A DNA stretch of 64,000 bases, taken from the NCBI GenBank assembly GCA_963707915.1, contig OY970178.1, positions 3,094,103 to 3,158,102 on the forward strand, written 5' to 3'. The notes beneath the pieces were generated by a model that searched no databases, was not told where the DNA came from, and was given only the letters and a program-made list of their open reading frames with translations. Positions 9,522 to 19,238 of this stretch are shown here, piece after piece. The stretch is from Candidatus Eiseniibacteriota bacterium. Its GTDB lineage: Bacteria > Eisenbacteria > RBG-16-71-46. Made by a program: the position numbers and the translations under genes. Positions within the stretch are counted from its first letter, which is position 1. Each line of letters starts with the position of its first letter.

Positions 9522-11081
9522 CTACTTCAGGTGTAGGTTGTATCCGACGTTGATGCGCAGCACGTTCGCCGTGTAGTAGCGGTCCAGCAGGATGTAGTCG
9601 TCGTAGTTGTAGGCGTTGTACTTGAGCTCGAGGATGTACTCGTCCAGCAGCGTGTAGGCGCCCTCCAGGAACACGATCGACTTCTCGATGTCGAGGTCCC
9701 CGCCGATGTCCATGTAGGTCGCGCCGCCGGCGAGCCGCAGGCCCTTGACCCGCGCGAACTCGACCCGCCCCGTCACGAACTGGCTCTCGGTGTGGAAGCC
9801 GGCGGCGAGGTCCTTGTAGTCGTCGTCCGAGTAGCTGTAGTCGGCCGAGAGCGCTCCCCAGGCCGTGATCTCGTAACGGCCGAAGGCGTTCACGGCGTCG
9901 CCGTCGACGGTGACGTTCAGGTCGGGGAACTCGCGCTCGCGCCGCGAATAGCCGCCGCCCAGGGTGACGCCCTCGCGGGGCTGCACCTGGAGCTTCGCGC
10001 GGACCTGCGAGGCCTCGACGTCCTTGAGGAGGGTCAGCTCCTCCTGGTCCTTCTTGACGCGGCTCGCGTAGTCGACCTTGGCGTTCACGACCTTGCCGTA
10101 GCGGAATGCCGTCCCGACGCGCCAGTTGTGGTAGCTGGTGAGCGTTTGGTCGTCGTCGTTGGTCTCGTAGCCGTAGCCGCCGCTGAACTGGCCGTACCGA
10201 TAGAGCCAGGTCGCGTCGAAATCGTTCTGGAATCGGTCGGTCATCAGCCCGCTGGACGGGTCGTCGGTGCGGTTCGCATCGAAGCCGTAGCGGAACCGGA
10301 AGGCCTCGACCGGCTCGACCACCCCGGTGTACTGGAAGCTCGACATCGTGAAGTCGCGGTCGCGGTCGGAGTGCGAGCGGGTGCCGTAGGACGCGCGCAG
10401 CAGGTGGGTCCACTTGTCGTAGAACAGGCAGGGCGAGTAGAGCCGGGCCGACACCACCTGCCCGTTGCGGTCCGCCGCCGGGACGAGCTCGTCGCGGAAG
10501 GCCGACGCGCGCAGGCTGATCGCCCCGCCCCGCCGCCCCTTGTGAACGTCCGCCGCGATCTCGCCGGTCCTCAGCGCGTTGTCGTACCCGCTCCCCAGCA
10601 CGCTCAGCGTGCCGGACGGGTAGGGCAGGCGGTCGCCGTCGCGCGTCAGGACGCCGAAGCCTCCCGAGAGCCCCAGCCAGGCATTCGGCGTGAACTGGGC
10701 GTTCGCCCTCCAGTCCTTGCGTCCGGAGTTGACGAGGCCGCCCGGGGAGAAGATCTGCCGGTGCTGGTCGAAGGCCGAGGTGAGCTTGAAGGTGCCCGGC
10801 ACGCGGAAGACGAGGTCGCCCTGCCGCGAGTCCAGGTTGAGGTCGCGCAGGTCGAGCGAGAAATAGTGACCGCGATCGAGGGCGCCGCTCAGGCTGATCT
10901 GGGCGAGGGAGAACCCGTCGTAGATGTTGTAGGTCTCCTGGACGGCGGAGCGGTCGCCGGTCTGGTTCATGATGATGCCGCCCAGCTTCACGGTGCCGTC
11001 CAGCGTGCCGGCCCAGGCGGCGGTCGCGGCCAGCGTGACGGCGAGCGTGACGCATGTGGCCGTAATCTTGGTCGTTCGCAT
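9522..11081 (-). CDS. outer-membrane beta-barrel protein (porin-like partner of a porin-cytochrome conduit)
   Basis: Signal peptide MRTTKITATCVTLAVTLAATAAWA, then alternating amphipathic beta-strand pattern over 519 aa. The start lies 12 nt after the upstream cytochrome stop. Confidence 0.7.
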   Translation of the reverse strand: MRTTKITATCVTLAVTLAATAAWAGTLDGTVKLGGIIMNQTGDRSAVQETYNIYDGFSLAQISLSGALDRGHYFSLDLRDLNLDSRQGDLVFRVPGTFKLTSAFDQHRQIFSPGGLVNSGRKDWRANAQFTPNAWLGLSGGFGVLTRDGDRLPYPSGTLSVLGSGYDNALRTGEIAADVHKGRRGGAISLRASAFRDELVPAADRNGQVVSARLYSPCLFYDKWTHLLRASYGTRSHSDRDRDFTMSSFQYTGVVEPVEAFRFRYGFDANRTDDPSSGLMTDRFQNDFDATWLYRYGQFSGGYGYETNDDDQTLTSYHNWRVGTAFRYGKVVNAKVDYASRVKKDQEELTLLKDVEASQVRAKLQVQPREGVTLGGGYSRREREFPDLNVTVDGDAVNAFGRYEITAWGALSADYSYSDDDYKDLAAGFHTESQFVTGRVEFARVKGLRLAGGATYMDIGGDLDIEKSIVFLEGAYTLLDEYILELKYNAYNYDDYILLDRYYTANVLRINVGYNLHLK

Positions 11082-11093
11082 TCGTGCCCCGTC

Positions 11094-12041
11094 CTAGAAC
11101 TTGTGGTGGCAGCCGACGTTGAAGCAGCCTCGAAGCGACTCGCTCAGGAACAGGCGGCTGGTGTAGGAGCCGTGGATGTCCGTGTGGCAGTCATTGCAGG
11201 GCATGCCCGCCCATCTCGTCCCGTGCATCGGGTTCGAGTTGTGCCGCGGGACCGAGTGGCACTGCGTGCACAGCTGGAAGTGGGGCGCCTCGTAGGGCTG
11301 CTTGAGCATCCGCGGCAGGTTCGAGCCGTGGGGCTCGTGGCAGGTCACGCAGCCGCCCTCCTCCGTCGAGTAGTCGAGGGTCGCCGGGTGCTCGTAGGGG
11401 AACGGCCCCTCGAACTCGGCATGGCACTTCATGCAGACGTTCGTGCCGTTGGTCGCCAGCTGGCGGCGCGTGGCGTCGAGGGTCAGGTGACACTCGCTGC
11501 ACTTGACGATGCCGTCGTTCACCGGGTGCCGGTACGACCGGGAGAACTGCCCTTCGACGTCCTTGTGGCAGCCCAGGCACAGGCCGCTCTCGGCCTGCTT
11601 GAGCAGCGCCGGGTGCTTCGACGCGTGGACACTGTGGCACGTGCTGCAGTTGAGGTCGTTCGCCGCGTGGGCGTTCTTCTCGAGCATGTTCTGCTGGTGC
11701 GCGTTCTGGTGGCACCCCGAGCACACGCGCGCCTCGGCCGCCGCGCCGCTCTTCGAGGGGTTGGCCATCGGGTACTGGGCCGGGTCCTCGTCCCAGTGGC
11801 GGCTGTCGCCGGCATGGCAGTCCGTGCAGGCGACGCGCGCCGTCGGACCGTCCAGCCCGCCGGCCGGCATCCGGTGCCCGGTGGTGGCGAGGGTCAGGTC
11901 CTGGCCGGTGTGGCAGGCGAGGCACGCCTGGCTGACGCGGGGCTTGCCCTGCGCCGCGGGAGCGCCATTCGCCACGGCGAACGACGCGACCAGCACGACG
12001 CAGGCGATCAGCATCGAGGACGCGGATCGGCATGAAGTCAT
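11094..12041 (-). CDS. decaheme c-type cytochrome (periplasmic)
   Basis: Ten CxxCH motifs plus one CX4CH, and a signal peptide MTSCRSASSMLIACVVLVASFAVANG. Start chosen at the ATG whose complement is at 12039-12041; the annotated ORF extends to 12119 and 12014 is an alternative start. Confidence 0.75.
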   Translation of the reverse strand: MTSCRSASSMLIACVVLVASFAVANGAPAAQGKPRVSQACLACHTGQDLTLATTGHRMPAGGLDGPTARVACTDCHAGDSRHWDEDPAQYPMANPSKSGAAAEARVCSGCHQNAHQQNMLEKNAHAANDLNCSTCHSVHASKHPALLKQAESGLCLGCHKDVEGQFSRSYRHPVNDGIVKCSECHLTLDATRRQLATNGTNVCMKCHAEFEGPFPYEHPATLDYSTEEGGCVTCHEPHGSNLPRMLKQPYEAPHFQLCTQCHSVPRHNSNPMHGTRWAGMPCNDCHTDIHGSYTSRLFLSESLRGCFNVGCHHKF

Positions 12042-12485
12042 GTGGGGCGTTGGCAACGCGACTCCTTCCGAGAGTGGGTCCGGAATGCGACTTCCGTATC
12101 GCTGCGTCGTGAGCGGCACCAGGTGGCGGCCCGACCGGTTGATGGGGCGCGTGATGGCGGCTCGCGGCCGAAAGGCATTCGCGTCGGGCTCGGAGGTGGA
12201 GACGTCCGGAGCTTGTCAGGCCCGCTTCCGCAATGCCGTGTTCGTGATCGTGGATCGAGCGCCATCCCTGCGCGCATGACGTGCACTATAGCGCAGAACG
12301 AAAGCGAAGTCTCCGTAGTAATACCGACCCACCTATCATCGCCCCGCCCCGGGGAATCTTGAGCGATATCGGCGTCCGCATGACGCTTCCGTCGATTCGG
12401 CCGCGCGGTCAAGTTGCGTCCGGCTAAACACGGTGGCGTCGATGGATTCCGCAATGGTGGCCTCATCCGCCCGAGGGGCGGGCCG

Positions 12486-13532
12486 TCAGCTGCCCGTGGT
12501 GTCGGGCGGCGTCGTGTCCTGCGGCAGGGCGAGCACCTGGAGCCGGCCGAGCGCGCGCTCGGTGATGGCGACGAGCCCCCGGCCGTCGGTCACGAACGAG
12601 GTCGGGTAGGAGACCTCGCCGGGAGCCGTGCCCTCGCCCGTGGCCAGGGTGAGGAAGCCGCCGGCGTGGTCGAAGACCTGCACGCTCTGGCGGATCTCGT
12701 CGCACACCCAGATGCGGCCGTCCCGCGTGCCCAGCACCCCCGACGGCAGCGAGATGTTGCCCGGCCCCATCTCGTGCGTCGCGAAGCCGCGCAGGTAGGC
12801 GCCCTCGCCGGTGAACACCTGCACGCCGAGGTCCGTGCGCGCGCAGGTCACCGCCAGCGTGCTGTCCGGCATGACGGCCAGCGCGGTCACGCTGTGCAGG
12901 CGGCCCGGGCCGCTCCCGGGCTCGCCCCAGGAGCCGGCGCGGGAGTAGTCGGCGGCGAAGCGGTGGATCCGGGAGCCCTCTCCGGAACTGGCCACGTAGA
13001 TGGTGCCGTCGGGGCCGACGGCGAGGGCGATCGGCCGCTCGCCGGGAAGGTCCAGGCGCCGCAGCGGGCGGCCGCGACGGTCGAGGACGTCCACGTACGA
13101 CGCCGAGTTGTCCGCCACGAGCAGGCGCCCCGCGCGGTCGAAGGCCAGCGCGCAGGGCTCGCCGTCCACCAGCCCGCCGTCGGGACCGGCGACCCGGTGG
13201 ACGAACCAGGTGAGGGCGCGCCCGGTCTTCGAGAAGACCTCGATCCGGTGGGCGCCGGTGTTGGCGACGTAGATCGCCCCGTCGAGCGGATCGAACGCCG
13301 CCCCGCGCGGCCGGCTCAGGTTGGTGCCGTCCGCGTAACCCCAGATGACCAGCCTAGGGGTGAGCAGGCGCGGGGCCGCGGCGACCGCGGCCAGCGCGCA
13401 CGCGAGCAGCGCGGCCGCCAGCCCCGGGGCGAAGACGTGGCGCCGGACCCGTGCGCTGCGGAGCACCGCGCCCGCTCGGAGGCCGGGCTTCGCCCGGGCC
13501 CCCGGCTTCTCCTCGAGCGTCGCACGCGTCAC
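12486..13532 (-). CDS. NHL-repeat beta-propeller protein, secreted
   Basis: NHL-like repeats (IYVANTGAHRIEVF, IYVASSGEGSRIHRF, RIWVCDEIRQSVQVF). The ORF has no ATG upstream, so a GTG start at 13532 was chosen before the hydrophobic segment RRHVFAPGLAAALLACALAAVAAA. Start is uncertain. Confidence 0.55.
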   Translation of the reverse strand: MTRATLEEKPGARAKPGLRAGAVLRSARVRRHVFAPGLAAALLACALAAVAAAPRLLTPRLVIWGYADGTNLSRPRGAAFDPLDGAIYVANTGAHRIEVFSKTGRALTWFVHRVAGPDGGLVDGEPCALAFDRAGRLLVADNSASYVDVLDRRGRPLRRLDLPGERPIALAVGPDGTIYVASSGEGSRIHRFAADYSRAGSWGEPGSGPGRLHSVTALAVMPDSTLAVTCARTDLGVQVFTGEGAYLRGFATHEMGPGNISLPSGVLGTRDGRIWVCDEIRQSVQVFDHAGGFLTLATGEGTAPGEVSYPTSFVTDGRGLVAITERALGRLQVLALPQDTTPPDTTGS

Positions 13533-13896
13533 GGGGCACGCACCTTTCTGCGGTCGGGCTGGCCCGGGCTCGCCGCCGGGGCGAGGCGGCACGGGGATCG
13601 AGTCCCTTCGGGTCCGCCCATCGGCGCAGACACTACGGTCAGCCTCGCCCGCTGGCAACGCACGCCCCGCGGCGCCACCCGCGGCCGGGCGTTGACGCGC
13701 CTCGACCCCGGCCCCTATGTTGCCGCCGGCCGCGCGGCGGCCCGCAGGGTGCCGGCCCGGGCGGCCGCACGGAGACCACGCCATGACCAGGAACGGGGCG
13801 GTCCATGACCCGCAGGGCGGCAATCCGAGGGGAGCTCGGGACGTGGCCATCGCCGAGCGCGAGCCGGTCCGGCGCGGCGGCGGGCGGGATCACCTG

Positions 13897-15492
13897 ATGC
13901 CTCGCCGGGCGTCCGTGCTGGTCGCGCTCCTGGCGCTCGCGGTCTACCTGCCCCTCTGCCCGCCGGTGTCGGGGGTCGGGGACGGGAGCGAGTTCACCCT
14001 GGTGCTCGCCACGAACGGGGTCGCCCACCCCACCGGCTACCCCCTGTACGTCCTGCTGGGGCACCTGTTCTGCGTGCTCCTGCACGCGCTGGGCGTGTCC
14101 TGGCCGCTGGCTGCCAACGCCTGGAGCGCGGTCGGGGCCGCGGTGGCCATCGGCTTCCTGCACGCGCTCGGAACGGAGCTCGTCCGGCTCGCCACGCCGG
14201 GCCTGGCGGGGACCGCCCGCTTCGTCGCGGCGCTCGTGCCGGCGGCCCTGATCGCGTTCCAGCCCATCCTGCTGGGAGTGGCGACGTCGGCCGAGGTGAA
14301 CAGCTGGAGCCTGGCCTGGGTCTGTGCGGCGGCCTGGGCCTTCCTGCGGCTGTCGGCCGCGGTGGCGCGCGACGGGGGCCCCGAGCCCTCGCCCGGCCGT
14401 GCGGCCGCCCTCTGGGGGCTGGTCTGCGGCCTCGGGTTGGCGCACCACCTCACCTCCGTGGTGGTGGCGCTGCCGCTCTCGGCGGGCCTGGTCGTGCTGC
14501 TCGCCCGGCGGCGGCGTCTTGGGCCCGGTCTGCTGTTCCGGGCCGCCGCGGCGGCGCTGGTCCCGCTCGCGAGCTACGGGATCATCGCCTGGCGCGCCTG
14601 GCACCCGGCCCGGGTGCAGTGGCCGGCGCTGGTCCCGGGAGCGGCCTCGGTGCTCGAGCACATCAGCGGAGCGCAGTACCGCCACTTCCTCGGCTACTTC
14701 GACCCGGCCGCCGACCACCGCGCGTTGCTGGCGCGCGCGGGCTATCCATTCCTCGTCCCGGGGTTGGCGCTGCTCCTGCTCGGTGTCCTGCGCGAGCGGC
14801 GGCCGGAGCGGCGGGTGGCGTGGGCGGCGCTCCTGGCCGCCGCGCTGTCGTCGGCCCTCTTCGCCTTCCGCTACGGGGTTCCCGACCCGGCGCCGTACTT
14901 CCTGCCGGCGATGGCGCTGGGCGCGGCCGCGGCCGCGCCCACGGTGGCGAGCCTGGCGGGCGGGGCCGGGCGCGAGCGGGCGCTTCGCCTGGGCGTGATG
15001 GGTCTGGCCGCGCTCGCCCTGGTCGTCCCCTGGATCCGCGGCGGGCTGGCGGAGCGCCGCGGACTGATCGAGAACGAGGCCATGCTCCGCTCGATGTGGT
15101 CCGCCGTGCCGTCGGACACGGCCATCGTCCTGTGGCCCGACGACCGCTTCATCCACCTGGTCGAGTACCAGATCCTGCGCGGCGAGAAGCCCGCGCTGTG
15201 GATCGCCACGCCGGACATGCTGCTGGAGGCCGCCACGCGCGCCGAGCTGCGGGGGCGCTTCGGGACCGACCCGCTCGAGGGGGTGCGCGTTCCCACGGTT
15301 CGCCCCGGCTTGCCGGACGAGGCGGCGACCATCCAGCGGTCGCTCGCCGCCATCGTCAGGAACCTGAACGCCCGCACGCGCGTCCCGGTGATCTGGTTCG
15401 ACCCGGGCGTGCCCGAGGTGCGGCAGTTGCGCAAGCCCTGGGAGCCGGTGGAAGGCTCCGGCGCGCGTCCCGCCACGCTCCTGTCGCCGTAG
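13897..15492 (+). CDS. DUF2723 / TMEM260-like polytopic membrane protein (GT-C-like glycosyltransferase fold)
   Basis: Multi-pass membrane protein with a DGSEF motif near the N-terminus and a soluble C-terminal domain. Alternative start at 13783 (MTRNG). Confidence 0.55.
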   Translation: MPRRASVLVALLALAVYLPLCPPVSGVGDGSEFTLVLATNGVAHPTGYPLYVLLGHLFCVLLHALGVSWPLAANAWSAVGAAVAIGFLHALGTELVRLATPGLAGTARFVAALVPAALIAFQPILLGVATSAEVNSWSLAWVCAAAWAFLRLSAAVARDGGPEPSPGRAAALWGLVCGLGLAHHLTSVVVALPLSAGLVVLLARRRRLGPGLLFRAAAAALVPLASYGIIAWRAWHPARVQWPALVPGAASVLEHISGAQYRHFLGYFDPAADHRALLARAGYPFLVPGLALLLLGVLRERRPERRVAWAALLAAALSSALFAFRYGVPDPAPYFLPAMALGAAAAAPTVASLAGGAGRERALRLGVMGLAALALVVPWIRGGLAERRGLIENEAMLRSMWSAVPSDTAIVLWPDDRFIHLVEYQILRGEKPALWIATPDMLLEAATRAELRGRFGTDPLEGVRVPTVRPGLPDEAATIQRSLAAIVRNLNARTRVPVIWFDPGVPEVRQLRKPWEPVEGSGARPATLLSP

Positions 15493-15555
15493 CCACGTCC
15501 GGCGCCCTGCCCGCACCGGCCGCCCCGGGGATCAGGTGGCCGGTGCGGCGCGCCC

Positions 15556-18500
15556 TCAGTCGCGCTTCGGCCCCATGGAGGGGTCGTGGCACTGGATGCA
15601 CAGCTCCCGGGTCGGCTCGTGCGTCAGCAGGGAAGGCTGGTCGCTCGAGTGGGGCAGGTGGCAGCCGACGCAGTCGAGCGGCTCGTTGGTGCGCGGGTCC
15701 ACGCCTCCCGAGACCTTGTGGAAGTGCTTGGACGTGTCCGAGTGGCACTGCCGGCACAGCGTGTCCACGTCCTCGGTGAGCAGCTTCTTGTGCTTCCCGC
15801 TGTGGGGATCGTGGCACGTCGCGCAGCCCTGCCCGAGCGCGGCGTGCACGTTCTTCCGGCGGAACGGGCGGGGATCGTGGCACTGGAAGCAGAGCTTCTC
15901 GCCCGCGCGCTTCAGCACGCCGGTCGCCATGCCCGCGTGCGCTCCGTGGCAGGAAAGGCAGGCCTCGCGCGACTGCAGCGGCGCGTGGACGACGGGCGCG
16001 GAGAGCCACGCTTTCTGCCCCTCGTGGCAGCGGAAGCACAGGTCGGGCACCGGCTGAGTCGTCGCCCCGGTCTTGCGCTCGCCATGACACTCGACGCACC
16101 TGCGCTGCGCGAAGGGCATGTGCGAGACGGGCTTGAGCATGCCGGGCCGGCCCGTCGCTCCGACGTGCGGATCGTGGCAGTCCACGCAGTTGGCCTTCGC
16201 GAGGGCGAAGCCCTGGTGCTTCGCCAGGAGCCCCTGCTTCTCGATCGAGTGGCAGGCGGTGCAGAGCGCGGCCCCCTGGCGCTTCGTCATGCCGGGCTCG
16301 TCGGTGCCGTGGCTCGCGTGGCAGGTCGAGCAGAGCCCCATGGCGACCGGCGCGTGGGGCTTGCCCTGCGCGATGCGGGTCTGCAGGTCCGCGTGGCAGG
16401 TGAAGCACAGCGCGCCGGTGCGCTGCTTCAGCAGCGCCGGGTTGGCGCTCTCGTGCGGCTCGTGGCAGGTCGCGCACTGGCCCGCGGCCGCGGGCGGGTG
16501 CCCGTGCTTGAGCCGGGCGTCGGCGACGGCCCCGGCATGGCACCGGACGCACAGCCGGATGGGCTGGGTGACCAGCAGCGCCGCGCGGTCGGAGGCGTGC
16601 GGCGTGTGGCAGGCGACGCAATCGCCCTTCGCGACCGGCGGATGCACGTGGCCGGCGGCCGCGCCCTGCGGTGTGGCCTTCTTCTTCGGGATCTGGTGGC
16701 ACGAGGCGCACAGCGTGGCCGCCGGGCGCGCCAGGTTCAGGGCCCCGGGCGCGCCGGTCTTCCCGTGGCACTTGGTGCACTCCTTCGACCCGAAGAACGG
16801 GTGTTCGCGGGCCGCCAGCAGGCCGGCCGACTTGGACGCGTGCGGGGTGTGGCACGAGAGGCAGTCGACCGCGGTCAGCGTGGCGCCGCCGTGTTTCCGG
16901 GTGAGGTCCGCGTCCTCCAGGTCGTGGCAGTCGCCGCACAGCGCGGGCACCTTCTTCGTCAGGGCGGGCGCCGCCACGCCGCCGTGGGGATCGTGGCAGG
17001 AGAGGCACTCGCCGCTCTCCACCGGGGGATGCACGGTGTCCCCTTCCTTGCCGATGCCGCCGTGGCACCGGGTGCACAGGGCGTTGGGCTCGTCGCGCAG
17101 CAGGGCCGCCCGCGACCCGCCGTGGGGCTCGTGGCAGGCCGCGCACTGCCCGGCCGCGGCCGGGGTGTGGGGTGCGGGGCCCTTGATCTTCGCGGCGATG
17201 TCGGCGTGGCACTTGGTGCAGAGGGTGGCCCCGCCGGTCGCGAGCAGGCGGTTGGTGAGCCCGCCGTGGGCGCCGTGGCACTCGAGGCACTGCCCGGCGG
17301 CTGCCGGCGCGTGCGGATGGGACGCCTTGGCCGCCATCACCTCCTGGCCGTGGCAGGGCGCGCAGATCTTCGCCGGCTCGCCGCGCAGCAGCTTGCCCTG
17401 GCCCGACTGGTGCGGGTCGTGGCAGGCGGTGCACTGGCCGGAGCGGAACGGCGGGTGCACCTCGAGGCCGACGAGCTTCTGCGCCAGGTCGGCGTGGCAG
17501 GTCCGGCAGAGCGCGCGCATGTCCTTGCGCAGGAGCCGCTCCTCGGCCGCCGAGTGGGGGGCGTGACAGCGCAGGCAGTCCTTCTTCGCGAACGGCGGGT
17601 GCGTCCCGGCGCTGTCGGCGCGGGCCCCGAGGTCCTTGTGGCAGTCGAGGCACATCGCGCCGTCGGCGGTCTTCAGGAGGTGCTCGCGGTCGGATCCGTG
17701 CGGCTGGTGGCAGCCGGCGCAGTCGCCGGCCGCGAACGCCTTGTGGACCACCGGCTGCTTCAGCGCTTCGGCGAGCTGGTCGTGGCACTGGCCGCAGAGT
17801 TCCAGCGGCTTCGACTTGAGCAGGCCCCGGGCGACCCCGCGGTGCGGGTCGTGGCAGGTGAGGCACTCGCCGCCCGCCGCCGGCGGGTGGGGCGTGGGTT
17901 TCTGGGACGCGGTCCGCACGTCGTCGTGGCAGGTGAAGCACAGCTCCGGCACCTCGGTGACGAGCTTCGCGCCCGCCTTGCCGTCCTCCATCGTGTGGCA
18001 GGCGTCGCAGCTGCCCTCGGCCGCGGGCGCGTGCGCGGTCTCGCGCCGGAGCGCGGTCTCGGTCGAGGCGTGCGGGTCGTGGCAGTCGAGGCAGGCCAGC
18101 CCGGCGACCGTGAGCTTCGCGTGCGCGGTGGCCGTGTCGGCGGGCTTGTGGCACGTCGCGCAGAGCTGGTCGGCCGGGCCGCGGAGCAGCCCGGCGTCCT
18201 TCGAACCGTGGGCGTCGTGGCACGCGTAGCAGTCGCCCCGGGCAAAGACCGCGTGCACGTGCGGCTTCTTCGCCTGGGCCGCGGCCTCCTCGTGACAGGG
18301 GAAGCAGGTGGCTTGCGGGCCCCCGGCGCGCAGCAGCCGCGGCTGGTCGGAGGCGTGCGGATCGTGGCAGGAGAGGCACTTGCCCTGTTCGTAGGCGGCG
18401 TGCGCGTGCTCGGGCTTCGCGGCCGTCTTCAGGGCGTCATGGCAGCCGAAGCACAGCTCCGGCGCCGGCTTCACCAGGATCAGCTTCTGCAGGAAGCCGT

Positions 18501-18717
18501 GGCTCTTGTGGCAGGCCGCGCAGTCCACCTTCGCGACCGGCGCGTGAACGAACTTCCTCGACCCGTAGTCCTGCTTCGCGTCCTTGTGGCAGTCGTAGCA
18601 GGGACGGCCCTTCGGCACCGGCTTCGCGGCGTCGACGTGTCCGGGCAGCAGCAGCGGGACGGCGCCGAGCAGTGCTGCCGCGAACAGCGCGCGCAGGAGA
18701 CGGGCGGGGCGGCTCAT
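15556..18717 (-). CDS. giant multiheme c-type cytochrome, 1053 aa, 42 CxxCH motifs in repeated c7-like units
   Basis: Signal peptide MSRPARLLRALFAAALLGAVPLLLPGHVDA. 42 CxxCH motifs counted by eye, spaced about 18-22 aa apart with intervening His ligands (…DPHAS…). Confidence 0.9.
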   Translation of the reverse strand: MSRPARLLRALFAAALLGAVPLLLPGHVDAAKPVPKGRPCYDCHKDAKQDYGSRKFVHAPVAKVDCAACHKSHGFLQKLILVKPAPELCFGCHDALKTAAKPEHAHAAYEQGKCLSCHDPHASDQPRLLRAGGPQATCFPCHEEAAAQAKKPHVHAVFARGDCYACHDAHGSKDAGLLRGPADQLCATCHKPADTATAHAKLTVAGLACLDCHDPHASTETALRRETAHAPAAEGSCDACHTMEDGKAGAKLVTEVPELCFTCHDDVRTASQKPTPHPPAAGGECLTCHDPHRGVARGLLKSKPLELCGQCHDQLAEALKQPVVHKAFAAGDCAGCHQPHGSDREHLLKTADGAMCLDCHKDLGARADSAGTHPPFAKKDCLRCHAPHSAAEERLLRKDMRALCRTCHADLAQKLVGLEVHPPFRSGQCTACHDPHQSGQGKLLRGEPAKICAPCHGQEVMAAKASHPHAPAAAGQCLECHGAHGGLTNRLLATGGATLCTKCHADIAAKIKGPAPHTPAAAGQCAACHEPHGGSRAALLRDEPNALCTRCHGGIGKEGDTVHPPVESGECLSCHDPHGGVAAPALTKKVPALCGDCHDLEDADLTRKHGGATLTAVDCLSCHTPHASKSAGLLAAREHPFFGSKECTKCHGKTGAPGALNLARPAATLCASCHQIPKKKATPQGAAAGHVHPPVAKGDCVACHTPHASDRAALLVTQPIRLCVRCHAGAVADARLKHGHPPAAAGQCATCHEPHESANPALLKQRTGALCFTCHADLQTRIAQGKPHAPVAMGLCSTCHASHGTDEPGMTKRQGAALCTACHSIEKQGLLAKHQGFALAKANCVDCHDPHVGATGRPGMLKPVSHMPFAQRRCVECHGERKTGATTQPVPDLCFRCHEGQKAWLSAPVVHAPLQSREACLSCHGAHAGMATGVLKRAGEKLCFQCHDPRPFRRKNVHAALGQGCATCHDPHSGKHKKLLTEDVDTLCRQCHSDTSKHFHKVSGGVDPRTNEPLDCVGCHLPHSSDQPSLLTHEPTRELCIQCHDPSMGPKRD

Positions 18718-19238
18718 CGCGCGGACACGGTGTCGTGGCCGGCCGGCCGCGTCGGGGGCGCGGTGGGCGGGCTCGCCGGGGCGACGGCCGACGTGTCGAC
18801 CATGATCGGCGCCCGCCCGGTGAACTCGACCTTGACCACCTGGAAGGCGAACATGGACTTGCGCGCGAAGTGGGGCGGCATCTTGAGCAGCGCCCAGGTC
18901 GTGTCCTGCGGCGCCTTCTTCTGGAAGACGATGATGCGGAAGGCGGGGTTGTCGGGCTGGTCGGACTTCGACATGATCTTGCGGGTGGTGAGGTCCATGG
19001 TGAAGTCGGGCACGTACTCGACCACGCGCGCCGAGAAGTCGGTGTCACCGAGGATGAAGTCCTGCTTCAGCTTCACCCGCTGCAGGTCGCGGAAGTCGTG
19101 GAAGACGCGATGCCGCACCAGCAGCGTCACGGCGTCCAGCCGCGCCCCGCCCGCGGCCGCCGGCGGCTTCACCTGCGCCTGGGACGGGAGGACCGCGACG
19201 AGTCCGATCAGGAGCCCGAGCCACCACGTGCGTCTCAT
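18714..19238 (-). CDS. small secreted/periplasmic hypothetical protein
   Basis: Start MRRTWWLGLLIGLVAVLPSQAQ with AAGGAAGGA upstream. Stop overlaps the giant cytochrome start by 4 nt. Confidence 0.55.
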   Translation of the reverse strand: MRRTWWLGLLIGLVAVLPSQAQVKPPAAAGGARLDAVTLLVRHRVFHDFRDLQRVKLKQDFILGDTDFSARVVEYVPDFTMDLTTRKIMSKSDQPDNPAFRIIVFQKKAPQDTTWALLKMPPHFARKSMFAFQVVKVEFTGRAPIMVDTSAVAPASPPTAPPTRPAGHDTVSAR

